In this document: positions 52,297 through 64,000 of the stretch, one piece after another
How the letters are laid out: every line of letters starts with the position of its first letter
Position numbering within the stretch: position 1 is the first letter of the stretch
Source of the DNA: Tubiluchus corallicola
Lineage: Eukaryota; Animalia; Priapulida
NCBI GenBank assembly: GCA_030141605.1
Contig: JAQGDQ010000018.1
Span: 558,001-622,000 of the forward strand
Length of the DNA stretch: 64,000 nt
Direction of reading: 5' to 3'
Notes under the pieces: model-generated
Seen by the model: only the letters and a program-made list of their open reading frames with translations
What the model was told of the DNA's origin: nothing
The model's database searches: none
Made by a program: the position numbers and the translations under genes

Positions 52297-55200
52297 TTAG
52301 TCACTTGCCATATAGTAGTGTTGGGCATGCTCGATATCCCTTTCCAGCCTGGCATTCATCATGTCATCATTTAAACTAAAGTCAACCTTGGTGTTTTTTA
52401 ACTGTGTATTATACGAATGAAGACTTTTATGGACATGTTCTTCGACAAAATCACACAAATGAGTAGAAAGCACAGACTTGTATGGCAGATCATAGAACAC
52501 AGTTTGACGTGCTGCAATGCAAGCTAAATTCATCTTGGCAGTATTAAACAGGAAGGTACATGTCTTTGGAAAACGACTGCTAGATATGTAATCTACAGCA
52601 GCCCTGCCTACAGAATTGCAGTGGTCAATGTGTATGCCATTCTTAAGAAATATTTCAATGAATTTGCACATTTTTTCATCTGAAATGTCAGGCATGTCTG
52701 GTAAATATCTAGTAGTAAAGTGAAGCACAGAGTTCTGGGAATTATCAAGTTGATTACAGTTGGTTCCGGTACTAAGAACAAGTTCAACTGCTTGTTCCAC
52801 CTCCAACAAAGTAGCATCAAAACCTCCGAACAGTAGCTTGTGCAAAAGTCCACGCCCATGACTGTCACAAGGATTAGCCTGCTTTAGTTTCCACAAAATT
52901 TTATGCTGGAGGCTAGCATTCAGAATAGGATATGATGATACCAGAAAATACGCAAATGACCTAACAAGCATTTCTAAACGTATCACAGTAAATACAAATG
53001 GACAATTATGGTCACAGGTATAATCACAAGCATGTATTTGAGCTATGTCAATCGGCTCCATAACATCAAGACTACTCTGCATAATTTCAGCTTGCCATAC
53101 CTGTTTCATATCTGCAGGAAGGTGCCCTGTGGGCAAGTAATAAAATTTGGAAATTTTTAACACATCATGAACTATTTCCACTGTGCTATTGCTGTCAACA
53201 GTAACCTGTTTTGTCAGCCACAAACGCCACAAACACAAACCAATGACAAGCTCGGAATCATGCCCTCGGATATCATTGGCATTCAGAACCTTGAAGATAG
53301 CTTCAAACAGCTGCAAAATAAGACGATTACATAAACCAAAAATACGGGATTGTATTAAAACTGCCTGTACCATTAATGGAATAGTTCGATGCATCTGACT
53401 AAATATTTCTACCTCTTGAACAGTTTGTAACTCTTTGGCCTTAATTTGACCAACTGGTGGAGAGACAGGTACTTTCTGCAGAAATGGAAATGAAGCTCTC
53501 AAAATTATAGCTTCACGAATAAGCTCACATGATGTTGCATAGTCAGTAAATAAGCTTGATGCAAGTAATTCTAAAGCAATAGCTTTTTCGGCTGCATCAC
53601 AATGCTCGAGAAGAATGCGGACATGTTCTTGTTTTCCATTGCAAGCAGAAAACGTCAGAGCACTTTCTGAATTGGAGTTGGTAAATTTTAGTGCAGATTG
53701 TAAACGTCCAGTTTCAACTAGCCTGTTACATACAATGTGGAGAAACTGAGATTCACAGTGGACACAACAGTGGTATAATACAGACTCTGGGTCAATCACA
53801 ACATGTTTAATTGAGTTTAGCAGTTTTCTCTCTTGACGATTAGATCTACCTGATGCAGATAAATTTTCTGTTATTGTGGAAGGTGGTTTTATACCATAGA
53901 CAACAAACAGGGTAATAATATGAAATGCACGAGGCCAATGCAATTTGCTGATTTTGGTTTGAAAAGTGTCCCAAGCCAGTGTAACAGTACTTGCATTGCT
54001 CCTTTTCAACAAACACCTCAAGTATTTTTCGATTAATAACCAACACTGAGACAAGTTTAAGAAGTCTGTTGACAAAGCTGCTTCACAGACAGACACTTTA
54101 CATGCATTGTTGAAAGTCACAGATGTCAAGCTTTTCTCAACTTCAGCAACACATGATTCCGATGAATCTATTTTATCAAAGTGATACAGCAGTACCAAGG
54201 CATGTGAGAGGATAGATAAAAAAACAGTCCTCGGAAAATACATTTTACTTTGGTCATCACAGAAAAAGTCCAACATTTTGGAAAGTAAATGACTTGTACA
54301 AAAACTGCTATTCTCCCTGAAAGCAACAACCATGGCTGCCATAATACGAGTAAGGTTGGAATCTTTGTTCACAATACCTTTCTCCACTAGCACAATGACT
54401 AGCTTACATAAAAATGTCATGAGAGGCATATCTAAGCCTTTAAATTTCTTTTCAGCAGTTGATGTAAAATGTTGACCAAACACCAAACTTAAGCACTCTA
54501 TAATGCTTTTAAGAAACATCTCTTTGTCACATCTTATTTCACCCATGTGTAAGACACACACTTTAACACCAATGATATTGAAAAGTATTGGAAGATCGCA
54601 TTTAGTCAGTAAACTTTGGATAAGTAATGCGTCATCATTATCAAGTGAAGCCTTTTGTGCACACTGAGTCAAACTATCATTTAGAATAGATGGGTACAAA
54701 TGAACAGCTTTCTCAAAGCACAGCTTAGCTGTATCCTGATCTATAGAAGGATACATTGAAGTTAATTTAAAGAAAAGATAAGCTACAACTCTAGGATTAA
54801 CATGGAATGAATTATGTTCAGAATCTTGAAGTAGTTTGCACAGTATTTTAGTACCTGCTATAACACATGCATCATTATGCATTTCTGCTGCTAATTCTAA
54901 AGGTGTGCATCCCCTATTATCCTCCTGCATTAGTGCCATAAGAACAATTTCATTCCTGGATGTCGACTTCTGCTCACCATCTAAAAAACTGGAAATGATG
55001 TCTATAATTTTGCACAACAAACCAGAATGACATAAAAAGTGCATGCAATTTTGCTTTTGTAAATTTTTAAGCACATTGTTTGTAAAATGTTGATCAAACA
55101 AGAATTTCATTGCTGCTCTATTATCAAAAATGCAAGCAATGCACAGTGGGATATTACCATTTTCATTTTGGACTTGAAAAGCAGCTTTTCCTACACATAA

Positions 55201-57921
55201 AAAACTCAAAAGTTTTTTGCAAATACTGCTATTGCTAGATCCAAACTGACCAAAGCGTGCAGCAAGAAAATGTGCGCAAGTGTTTCCTGCAATATCCCGA
55301 TGTAAGAAAATATCACAGGAAGAAGCATCACCAAAATAATTGATTAATGCAATTGCAGTGTTATAATTTTTTGTCATCAAAGCTGAATGCAATGGAGTTC
55401 TTTGAAATCGGTCAACTGTTTGCACGTTAGACTCAGATTCTATTAACAATTCTACAATGCTTAGCTCAAACACAACCGTGTAATATGGAGCTTTGCACAA
55501 ACATTGTAGTGGTATTTCACCATTGTTGTTCTGCAGACACACATCAGCTTTAAATGATAGCAGTAACTTAATAGCTTTATTTGAACTTCTTCTGCAAGCT
55601 ACATGTAAAGCTGTATCACCATTACTATCTTCAAGTAGTGGATTAGCACCATTTTCTAGCAACCACTTCATCAGCTCATAATCATTTCTTTGTGCGCAGT
55701 CTACTAATGTTGGTATAGAACTTTGGTTTTGATGTTTTTTCGCACACGTTTTAACTGGACAACTGCTGCATCTTTTCACAAGTAAAGTATCAATACTCGC
55801 ACCATGAGTCACCAACATTTTAATAATTTCATGGTAATCATACAAACTTCCTTTAATGTAAGGCCGCCATATTACATCTTTAGCATCTAGTCCATAAGAA
55901 AGCAGTGATGCTGCAACGTGACATTTCGGCTTCTCCCATATATAATCAAAAGCTGTCACTCCACTGTCTTTCGTCGTGAAGTTGGGATTTACTCCAAACT
56001 CCAAAAGTTTATTCAGCAGTTCGTTAAAAAGCTTTTCATTGAATGCATTTAAAAAATGTAGAAAGCAAAAATGAATGGGAGTATATCCAGAAAAGTCTAT
56101 TGCCTGACTTGGATCTGTAACAGAAGTCAAAAGATTCATTACTGACACAATGGAGTGAATTACTGCATAACTTAAAGGAACTCGACCCAATGCATCTTTT
56201 GTATTAGCATCTGCACCATATTTCAAAAGATTTTCAACAATTTCAAGAGACACTGATAAATCCACCATTTCCATTTCACAAATGTGATGCAATACTGTCT
56301 TGCCATACATGTCAATTTGTGCCTTTGTATCAACACCATGTTTAAGCAACTCGGTAATCCCGTCTAACCAACAATTGTCCACAGCAGAACATAATGGCGT
56401 TCTTCTGTCAGGTGCCCTCATCTCAGCATCAAATCCTGATGCTAAAAGCAGTCTTAGTACATCTAAATTACCATCCTTCTTACCATTATTACAACAAACC
56501 ATAAGGCAAGTTAACCCATCTTGATTTCTCATATGAGGGAAAACAGGATGCAAAAGCAAACGTCTGACTAAAGGAACGTTAACGCTATACACAGCAGAAC
56601 TAAGTGCGAGAGTTCTTTGAGCAGTTACCTCATTTTCACATGATATTTCTGTAACAGGATGATTTAAGATAATATCTAACAAACCATTGTTAACATCACA
56701 TAGTCTTGATAAGTATAACAGTGGTGTAACTCCTTCACTATCAGCTATGTTTGGATTTGCTCCACATTGCAAAAGAGCTTTAGCAGCATGCATATTTGAC
56801 TTTTCACAAGCTGTAAAAAATGGTGTTTTACCATCTGACCATCTCTTGAAATTCACGTCAACACCATTAGAAATTAAAAGTGAAGCTAATTTGTCTATAA
56901 CAAATCTATCCTTTTCACAACAAGATAAGGCATGTAAGGAAGAGTTTCCTTTTTCATCTGTTGTGTTCGCCAGTACACCATGCTCAATAAGTAGTTCTAC
57001 AGATATGACATCACCGGCAGCAGTAGCAAAATTCAAAGCACTAATTCCAAACTTATGTACACAAGTAAAAGATGTACATTTTTGCAAAACTGCTTTCAGA
57101 ATATTGTGCTTAACAGGCAATGATTCCGTGTCTAATTTGGTTAATGATGCTGATGTGTGGTAAGGTTGCCGTCTTTTAAAGAGCTCTAGCAGAAAGTCAG
57201 GATGGAACGGATGTTGCTCGTAACTCTTTAACAGATAATTAACAAAGTCACTATCATTCATTTCACAAGCTACAAGTAAAGACTTGTAATGAGCATATGA
57301 TAGGAATGCACCAGCATCGATAAGCATTTTCATCATTTCTAAATTTTCCCATTTACAAGCGAGCTGTAATGGTTCTATTGGCTTTTTGCTTACAGCATGA
57401 TCTCTGTCATAACTAATTGTCTGATAGCAACTGAGAATCCTCTGATAATAACTTGGAGGACCAGATTTTTCTACATTTAAAATCATAATATCAAGTGGAC
57501 TTGCATTAACAGAAGCTCCACTTCTCAGTAACACCTGACAGACTGTATTGTTGCGATATTTACAAGCGAGATATAAGGGGGTTGTTGATCCCATGTCTCT
57601 ACAGTTGACATCTGCACCATTTTCTATTAATAGAGTAACTATGGCATGTTGTTGTTCTGCTGATACAGAGCAATTGCTAATTGCTGCTAGAAGTGGATAT
57701 CGCCAACTGCACCTACAGACCAAATTTGGATCAGCTCCATGTTTCAGTAGCAACCTCACAATGTCCAAATGTCCATTTTCACATGCACTGTATAACAAAT
57801 TGTCATGTCCGTTGTTGAAATTTGGATTAAAACCATCTATCAGCCACTGCTCAACTACCTCAACATCACCTCTTTTGCAACCAGGTAGCAGCTTTTTGTC
57901 AAAAATCACCAACTCACACAT
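52297..57921 (-). CDS. 1874-aa ankyrin-repeat protein with FEM-1-like C-terminal region and VHL/BC-box-like end
   Basis: Uninterrupted 5.6-kb ORF with many ankyrin repeats (TPLYLAC, TPFFTAC, TALHVAC, LL..GADPN) in the first ~1020 aa. The C-terminus has ALELLA, QAVLIQSRIFG, GRGLLH, NSVLH, FLKNGIHIDHCN and LACIAAR....LPY...L..HL.DFVEEH, typical of FEM1 proteins. A plausible acceptor AG at 57941-57942 suggests a non-coding first exon. Confidence 0.88.
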   Translation of the reverse strand: MCELVIFDKKLLPGCKRGDVEVVEQWLIDGFNPNFNNGHDNLLYSACENGHLDIVRLLLKHGADPNLVCRCSWRYPLLAAISNCSVSAEQQHAIVTLLIENGADVNCRDMGSTTPLYLACKYRNNTVCQVLLRSGASVNASPLDIMILNVEKSGPPSYYQRILSCYQTISYDRDHAVSKKPIEPLQLACKWENLEMMKMLIDAGAFLSYAHYKSLLVACEMNDSDFVNYLLKSYEQHPFHPDFLLELFKRRQPYHTSASLTKLDTESLPVKHNILKAVLQKCTSFTCVHKFGISALNFATAAGDVISVELLIEHGVLANTTDEKGNSSLHALSCCEKDRFVIDKLASLLISNGVDVNFKRWSDGKTPFFTACEKSNMHAAKALLQCGANPNIADSEGVTPLLYLSRLCDVNNGLLDIILNHPVTEISCENEVTAQRTLALSSAVYSVNVPLVRRLLLHPVFPHMRNQDGLTCLMVCCNNGKKDGNLDVLRLLLASGFDAEMRAPDRRTPLCSAVDNCWLDGITELLKHGVDTKAQIDMYGKTVLHHICEMEMVDLSVSLEIVENLLKYGADANTKDALGRVPLSYAVIHSIVSVMNLLTSVTDPSQAIDFSGYTPIHFCFLHFLNAFNEKLFNELLNKLLEFGVNPNFTTKDSGVTAFDYIWEKPKCHVAASLLSYGLDAKDVIWRPYIKGSLYDYHEIIKMLVTHGASIDTLLVKRCSSCPVKTCAKKHQNQSSIPTLVDCAQRNDYELMKWLLENGANPLLEDSNGDTALHVACRRSSNKAIKLLLSFKADVCLQNNNGEIPLQCLCKAPYYTVVFELSIVELLIESESNVQTVDRFQRTPLHSALMTKNYNTAIALINYFGDASSCDIFLHRDIAGNTCAHFLAARFGQFGSSNSSICKKLLSFLCVGKAAFQVQNENGNIPLCIACIFDNRAAMKFLFDQHFTNNVLKNLQKQNCMHFLCHSGLLCKIIDIISSFLDGEQKSTSRNEIVLMALMQEDNRGCTPLELAAEMHNDACVIAGTKILCKLLQDSEHNSFHVNPRVVAYLFFKLTSMYPSIDQDTAKLCFEKAVHLYPSILNDSLTQCAQKASLDNDDALLIQSLLTKCDLPILFNIIGVKVCVLHMGEIRCDKEMFLKSIIECLSLVFGQHFTSTAEKKFKGLDMPLMTFLCKLVIVLVEKGIVNKDSNLTRIMAAMVVAFRENSSFCTSHLLSKMLDFFCDDQSKMYFPRTVFLSILSHALVLLYHFDKIDSSESCVAEVEKSLTSVTFNNACKVSVCEAALSTDFLNLSQCWLLIEKYLRCLLKRSNASTVTLAWDTFQTKISKLHWPRAFHIITLFVVYGIKPPSTITENLSASGRSNRQERKLLNSIKHVVIDPESVLYHCCVHCESQFLHIVCNRLVETGRLQSALKFTNSNSESALTFSACNGKQEHVRILLEHCDAAEKAIALELLASSLFTDYATSCELIREAIILRASFPFLQKVPVSPPVGQIKAKELQTVQEVEIFSQMHRTIPLMVQAVLIQSRIFGLCNRLILQLFEAIFKVLNANDIRGHDSELVIGLCLWRLWLTKQVTVDSNSTVEIVHDVLKISKFYYLPTGHLPADMKQVWQAEIMQSSLDVMEPIDIAQIHACDYTCDHNCPFVFTVIRLEMLVRSFAYFLVSSYPILNASLQHKILWKLKQANPCDSHGRGLLHKLLFGGFDATLLEVEQAVELVLSTGTNCNQLDNSQNSVLHFTTRYLPDMPDISDEKMCKFIEIFLKNGIHIDHCNSVGRAAVDYISSSRFPKTCTFLFNTAKMNLACIAARQTVFYDLPYKSVLSTHLCDFVEEHVHKSLHSYNTQLKNTKVDFSLNDDMMNARLERDIEHAQHYYMASD

Positions 57922-60129
57922 AGTCTTTCAGATGTAAAACCTGTTTTAGATAACAAAAAATATGCTTACAAACATTTGCTTGCATTTCAATAATATTTTA
58001 ACTTCAATTTTAGGTGCTACATAAATAGCGATAACAATTCCACAAAATTAGTTATGTTGGTATACAGTTTGCACAAACAAAGCCCTACAAATATATTATG
58101 AATTCCATGGTTAGAACTTTGATGGCTTCTTAATCATTTATATGTCAAACTGAAAGACCTCAGTCTAAGTCTTTTCTTGTATGACTTATTGTTCCTATTA
58201 CGAACACCAGTAAAACAAAAGGCTTCTTTCCCAATTTTTCACATAACTTAACTTTCAGAAAACAGGAACTTCAAGCCGGGTAGCTGTCTAACTGATTGAG
58301 TTACGACTGGGGCAGAACCAAAACACAGGCTGTTTCAAGTTTTGATTCAAGTTATCGGAAACAAATGAGTATTTGTTTGGTTATTATTTAGAAAAATAAT
58401 ACCATGCCTACCCTAAATTTCATACCTGAAAAAAAGAATTGCTAAAGATGCCAACTTGTGTATTCTATACATCTATATTATATGGCAATTCTACATGCTA
58501 AAGTAAAAACTGAATTGTACTGAAACTTTTGCTTTTGCAATTTTAACCATCAGCCAAACAGTCACTAATGATTTTTTCCTAAATCTAAATATTAGACTTT
58601 AACCATGTCACATCAAATTAGAAGCCAACTGTACTTTATAAATAAGTAAAAATATTATTTTTCATATTCCTTTCCAAAACGAAGAAATTTTGTTTAAAAT
58701 TTACTTTTGTATGCCTATTAAAACATTGTTAATCTTTGTTACTTTGTTTCTAATAACAATGGGGAGGCACATCAATGAGATCTCAACAAAAAACGTTGCT
58801 TGACTGATACAAATCAAATGTTTTGCCAGTTTCATTGTTTTATTTTACATAACTTTCTCTTAAATATGAAAATAAGTATTTGAGGCACTAACCACATAAA
58901 GTGTGCAAAGTTATGAACAACTTTATATCTGTTTTCTCATAGAAAGACTGGGCATAAAAATGATAGACAATAAATGATTGCTTCTCATGCCCATACTGGC
59001 CTACCACAGAATAGTAGTAAACTGAATCAACTAGTCACGAATTACAAATCTAAAGCACAGTACCCAATGCAGCAACACACCAATGTAACAAAATACAGTA
59101 TTATCTGATCTAGCAGACTACTATCAAACTTGACTAGTCGGAAAATCAAACTGTTTTTGTACAAATATGATACATATGGTAAGTGAAACAAGAGTAAAAC
59201 CAAAACAATGGACTTGATACAAAATAAGCTTGAGTTGACTACTTTGTTTTAGATCTCTTAGAGGTCAATTAATTGAAGCACATAAATTTGTTCATAAGAT
59301 TTATAGTGCATACTTGAACGCGTAGAGAACTTCTATTGGTGATGAAACTATGAACTGATTATTTCGCTAACATCTTGGAAATGTTCTTCCTGTAAACAAA
59401 TGTTTCTCTTTCTACACTTAAGGGGTTTAGAAACTTGATTGATCATCATTATCGTGAACATCCCCTGAAGCATAATCATAGACTGATACACTACAGCATT
59501 TTGGAGTTATGTGATTTAAATTGTGCGTTAATAATGTCTGTAACTTACTGAGGTAATAATGACCTTCTGAAGTTCTCCGGAACTACTGAAGTCGAATTAC
59601 ACTGTATTACATATGTATTTTTATACCTGCTACAAATATTAAGCTTGCTTATCGATCTTGAAGTTCGTTATTTTCCGGCAATTTTTCTAAATAAACCAAA
59701 GGGCTAACTAGATTCACTTTTCGACTATTCTTCCTAAGCATTATGACTTTTTCATATTGAACAGTAGAAAAGATAGGAAAACAGTAACAAAAACGGAAAA
59801 ATCACGCGCTTTTCGTCATGCACTTCAGCACTATGGGTCATCTTCCAGGTTCTTTTTATTTTTGCTAATCCTGTGCATAATCTAAGATTTTGGTTATTCA
59901 TTTTGATTTTTATAGGCGAACTGGAAAGAATGAATAGAGTTACCTGATTTTAAGTACTTCAAACATTATATTGTGCATTAAATTGCATGTTTATGGTTTG
60001 ATTTTCTACGGAAAGTACAGCTGGCGCGGAGGTAAAATTTATAAAAGTTGTTTATGATAAGGCGCTTATGCACCGATACTTGATGGTGATTGCTTATTGA
60101 TACTTGGCATTTTTTTACATTAGACGATA

Positions 60130-60390
60130 GTCGTGAAACTTAACATGCACCTTAATTTGCCCACTTTGTCTATTGTAACTACTTCTGGCAGAGCATTCCA
60201 AATGTCAATAACTCGAAGTGAGAAAGACAACACGCCTAATATCAATTCGACAACTTCGCTTGGATAAGTAACTTCATGCGATAACTTCTCTGTATGATCG
60301 AGAAAGCTGCTTTAAAAAATCCCGAATAACTAGCCTTAGACATGCCGTGCATAAACTTATATGTTTCCATCAAGTCCGCTAGTCGCTTAG
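60130..60390 (-). mobile_element. Degenerate CR1-type LINE 3' fragment
   Basis: Minus-strand translation with frameshifts: RLADLMETYKFMHG...FF...SFSLRVIDIWNALPE, the conserved CR1 C-terminus. Confidence 0.65.
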
Positions 60391-61385
60391 TTTTTACTTT
60401 TACTAATGCCATAATGGTAGGCTTGCTACCTCTGAGCAGTCCTCAGAATATAGCCTCGTGCAATGATTTTTTACCCTTTGCAAGGCATTTGTATCTCTAT
60501 CATAGTTTGGATTCTATAGGTCTTACAGGTAATGTGCATAGTGCTGAAACTTTTACCCTTGTCAGTCCTGAGAAGCATTGTTTGATCTTGCAGATTCTAA
60601 CATTTGCTTTGCTTCGGCTAAGAAAAAATATGTTTGTATCTGGTTGCCAATCAGCCATGTTATGTGTGACTCAATTTGTTTTTTATGTTTATAAAAGTAA
60701 AATTTTTTAGTTGCCTACCAATTATCACCCAGGTTCACATTTCATACAGCCGCTTATAATTATGCAAATAAAATAGCCAGTGCTTGCCCAACGACACTTG
60801 CAATTTGATATTCCAAGGGCCATCAGACATCACTGCAGCCTGCACAGTGTGACTTCTGATGAAGCAGTCTGATAGCGATTACTCAGTCAGTTGAGAATCT
60901 ATCATCCCCTCAGTATGTATTGTGGAAGCCTTATGCATCTAACAAAGACTGCAGTCTTAATGGGTATCACTCCTAGCAGATAAAACAGAACGGCTTGGAA
61001 ATTCACCGGACCTCAACTCCGTCAAGTATATTGGAGCTGTTTCTAATAGACAGAATCGATGGTAAGATTATCCAAGGAGCATACCATTGATCGATATTCA
61101 AAGGACCAGCTCGGGATGATCTGCAAGATGTGTCGGTTGATCTTGAGTTTGTCCCTGACTTCCGTGAGTTTTCCATCGTACCCTAAAACCCCACACTAAA
61201 TACTGAGGGTATAGATACTCAATTGATTGTCAGAGCAATACTGAGGTGCTCAAGGCTGTAATAAATTGTCTTGTACAATTATTCATTTTTGAGACTCTCC
61301 CTATCAAAAGGCTGCGTTAAACACTGTATTTGCCAGAAATAACACTACTTTGTTTTAGTTCATAAATGTAAGTTTTAGATAACTT

Positions 61386-61463
61386 TGCTTAATTTTTTTC
61401 TGGCGAGTTCATGGCTGAGTGGATAGGCACTCAGCCATGAACTCGCCAGAAAAAAATTAAGCA
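61386..61463. repeat. Perfect 36-bp inverted repeat with a 6-nt spacer
   Basis: tgcttaatttttttctggcgagttcatggctgagtg-gatagg-cactcagccatgaactcgccagaaaaaaattaagca. Confidence 0.95.
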
Positions 61464-63131
61464 TCAGAAAATGGCTGAGATACCTCTGTCTGGATCAGTA
61501 GCTCATTTTAGCAGACAGTAGCTCATTTTAGTGAGACATCCTTGAAAATAAACCCAGTTGTAGTCATACCATAAGCTTCGCCTTGAGCAGGTCTTGCATT
61601 TGAGTGCTGGGTTCCGGTTTGCAGTGTGCTGAAGTGTGTAAAATATTTTTAATCATCATTTGTCCATCTCAAGTTACATACCTTAATGGCGAGTGATACC
61701 GAAATTCTTTACAGCCCATTTCAAAGAAGTAAGTTGTAACCCAAAATGGACATGCTGTTATTCATGCTCAACTCTACTTTAACAGTTGTCAATGTGATAA
61801 ATCCTTTACATCAAATTAATGTGTCATATGCTTTTTGCAACATTATTGTTGTAACAACGAAGTGCAATATTATCAACAATAGGTCTGATTTCCACGTGAA
61901 CTATTTCCATACTAAAACTAAACTGTCTAAAACAGAACCAATTATCACTTCTAACAACAGTGAAAACTAATTTAGCTTGTAGCCTGATTGCTGCAATAGT
62001 TATTGCTATTTCAAGTTGTTGTTGGAGTACAGACTGTTGGAGCCTTTAAAAACCTTACAAACTACATGTATATTTTATGTCAACAAAGAGAAGTAAAGAG
62101 AGCAAACTGTGCTTGGAGTCAGTGTAAAAAAGTGATTTCCTAAATGCACACATGTGCATTGTAAAGAATGTCTGTGTTTTAGTTTGACTGTGCTTTACAA
62201 GTTTAATAAATATTGCAGCATAATATCAAACGAATTCTATGTATTTAATACATGCATAGTAACAGTTACTAGAAATTACAGAACGAAGTGATCTAAAAAA
62301 ATAAAGATAGGCCCTGTGCATTCCAGCTTTGTTAATTTCACATAAATCTATGTTTGGGAATCAGGGAAAATGGCATAGGGGTACAACCTACAAAAAGTGC
62401 AAAAGTTATGCCACCAACCTTTGCTCGGGTGCTAACGTAATTACATGAATGTTTACTGCCAGCTTTTGAAATAATGTACAGGTGTTGAATAGCAATGTTT
62501 TAAATTCGAATTTGTGGTAACTTTGGATAAAAAATGTATATGGAAATGTAAATTATCTATGATAACTCAAATTAATTTATTTTGATACACTCTTGTAATA
62601 GTATGCAATAACTTGACACTCTCTTGCTTAAATAACCAAACTTGAAGCAGAGTGGCTTCATTGATGCAGCTATCTCTTTACAACAAACAGTGGAGTAACT
62701 GCAGAGCTTCAGTTTGCTGCTGACATCTACACTGCTGCTATGCCCCTGAGAAGGACAAAAATGCACGTTCTTTGCACATGTGTAGGTTGTATGCCTGAAA
62801 CGTGGTTGTGTTATTCCAATATTTGAGGTTTCTGTACAATCGTTTAACAGAATTGGTTGTGTTGGAATTGCCATTTATGGCTGTATGTGACAAACACATT
62901 CTGTGCTAAAGATGTCTAGCAATACTTATTAATTGTAATTTTTATCAGTGAAACTTCTGTTTTAAAAGTGTATTTATCTGTAGATGTAAGTATATCATAC
63001 ATTACGTGTCTTTAATAATACAATGTCTTATAATGATGGATGTGTTTTATGCAGAGGTATTATGTTGAAAGCACTGAAAGACGTTTGCCAAAAATTGGGT
63101 AGAATTATTTTTATTAGCTGCAGAAAAGTCT

Positions 63132-63133
<2 letters not shown>

Positions 63134-63165
<32 letters not shown>
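63134..63165. repeat. (TA)n microsatellite
   Basis: Direct reading of the sequence. Confidence 0.9.
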
Positions 63166-63168
<3 letters not shown>

Positions 63169-64000
63169 GTGTGTGAGTATGTATGTATGTATACTCATCA
63201 TAAATCATGTGGCTAATAAGCTAATTATCCAATTAATTATAAAAATTTGACTTTGGGTATATACTTTTCAATAGAATGACATTTTCTATATCCATTTTTT
63301 TACTTTTATGATACTTAATATTAAATCACATTTTAATCTTAGAATTTGGTGTATGACTTTAATTATAGAAATCAATTGAGGTTAATTAACTGATATGATT
63401 ACTGATCTAGGCATTGGTTTTGTACTATCATGAATAGTTCGTGATTGGAGACTGACTTGTAACATTTTTGTGCAAAGATAAAATACCTATATAAGTTTTT
63501 TTAGACTGATCTAATGTGAGTGCTGTCCAACAAACTGGCAACCTGTGGCAGCAAGACTTCACCTAAGCTTACTAAAGCTGAAGTCATTAGTAAGGAAGAG
63601 CCCAGAGAAAGCCAGCATGAGGTAGAGAAGCGTAAAGAGACTGGTACCTTAACAGGTAATGGTCATAGTTAAACTTTGAGAATTTTAGTATGTATGATTG
63701 ATGTGTATTATGCAAAGACACATCGTTTTTGCAGAAGTCCTTGCTTAGCATCACAAGCTTTTATGTGTTATAATCAGTTTGATAAAGTTCAAATGTACAC
63801 GAATAGCGGGCGATATTTCTTGTTTAGTAATTGAGTAACGTTTAGATCTCGGCCTCTTTCATATAATCAGCACTCCTGGGTAGAAGTTTGGGATGTTATA
63901 ATAAACAGTGGTGAGATCACAGCTTTAATGAGGAAAACAGACTTCTCTCTAATAAAACATTTACTGACGTGTACAAGTATTCACAAAACCTTCACAATAC

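Noticed and set aside
56687-57937. Antisense ORFs of 158 and 129 aa within the ankyrin gene
   Set aside because: Expected shadow ORFs opposite a long coding frame; no recognisable motifs.
62572-62874. 100-aa Cys-containing ORF
   Set aside because: No recognisable domain, splice context or paralogue in the window.

Overview
AT-rich, intron-containing invertebrate (metazoan) genomic DNA, not prokaryotic; most short ORFs in the track are spurious. By manual splice-site reading on both strands I reconstruct: (1) a cluster of four intact, paralogous gustatory-receptor-like (GRL / 7tm_7, 7TM ion-channel superfamily) genes at 13055-38864, arranged minus, minus, plus, plus. Each has one large exon, three phase-0 introns and a terminal TYxxxxxQF motif. 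(2) A 10-exon peroxisomal 3-ketoacyl-CoA thiolase (ACAA1) on the minus strand with a variant PTS2 signal. (3) A single-coding-exon 1874-aa ankyrin-repeat protein whose C-terminal part looks like FEM-1 and ends in a VHL/BC-box-like motif. Between and inside these genes lie an L2/CR1-type LINE, a fresh 5'-truncated RTE LINE with a perfect 12-bp target-site duplication, a decayed Gypsy element with the unusual integrase-before-RT (Gmr1-like) order, Academ-, CR1- and RTE-like relics, several MITEs, microsatellites and a perfect 36-bp hairpin. All family assignments come from motif recognition by eye; no database search was run and the species is not identified.
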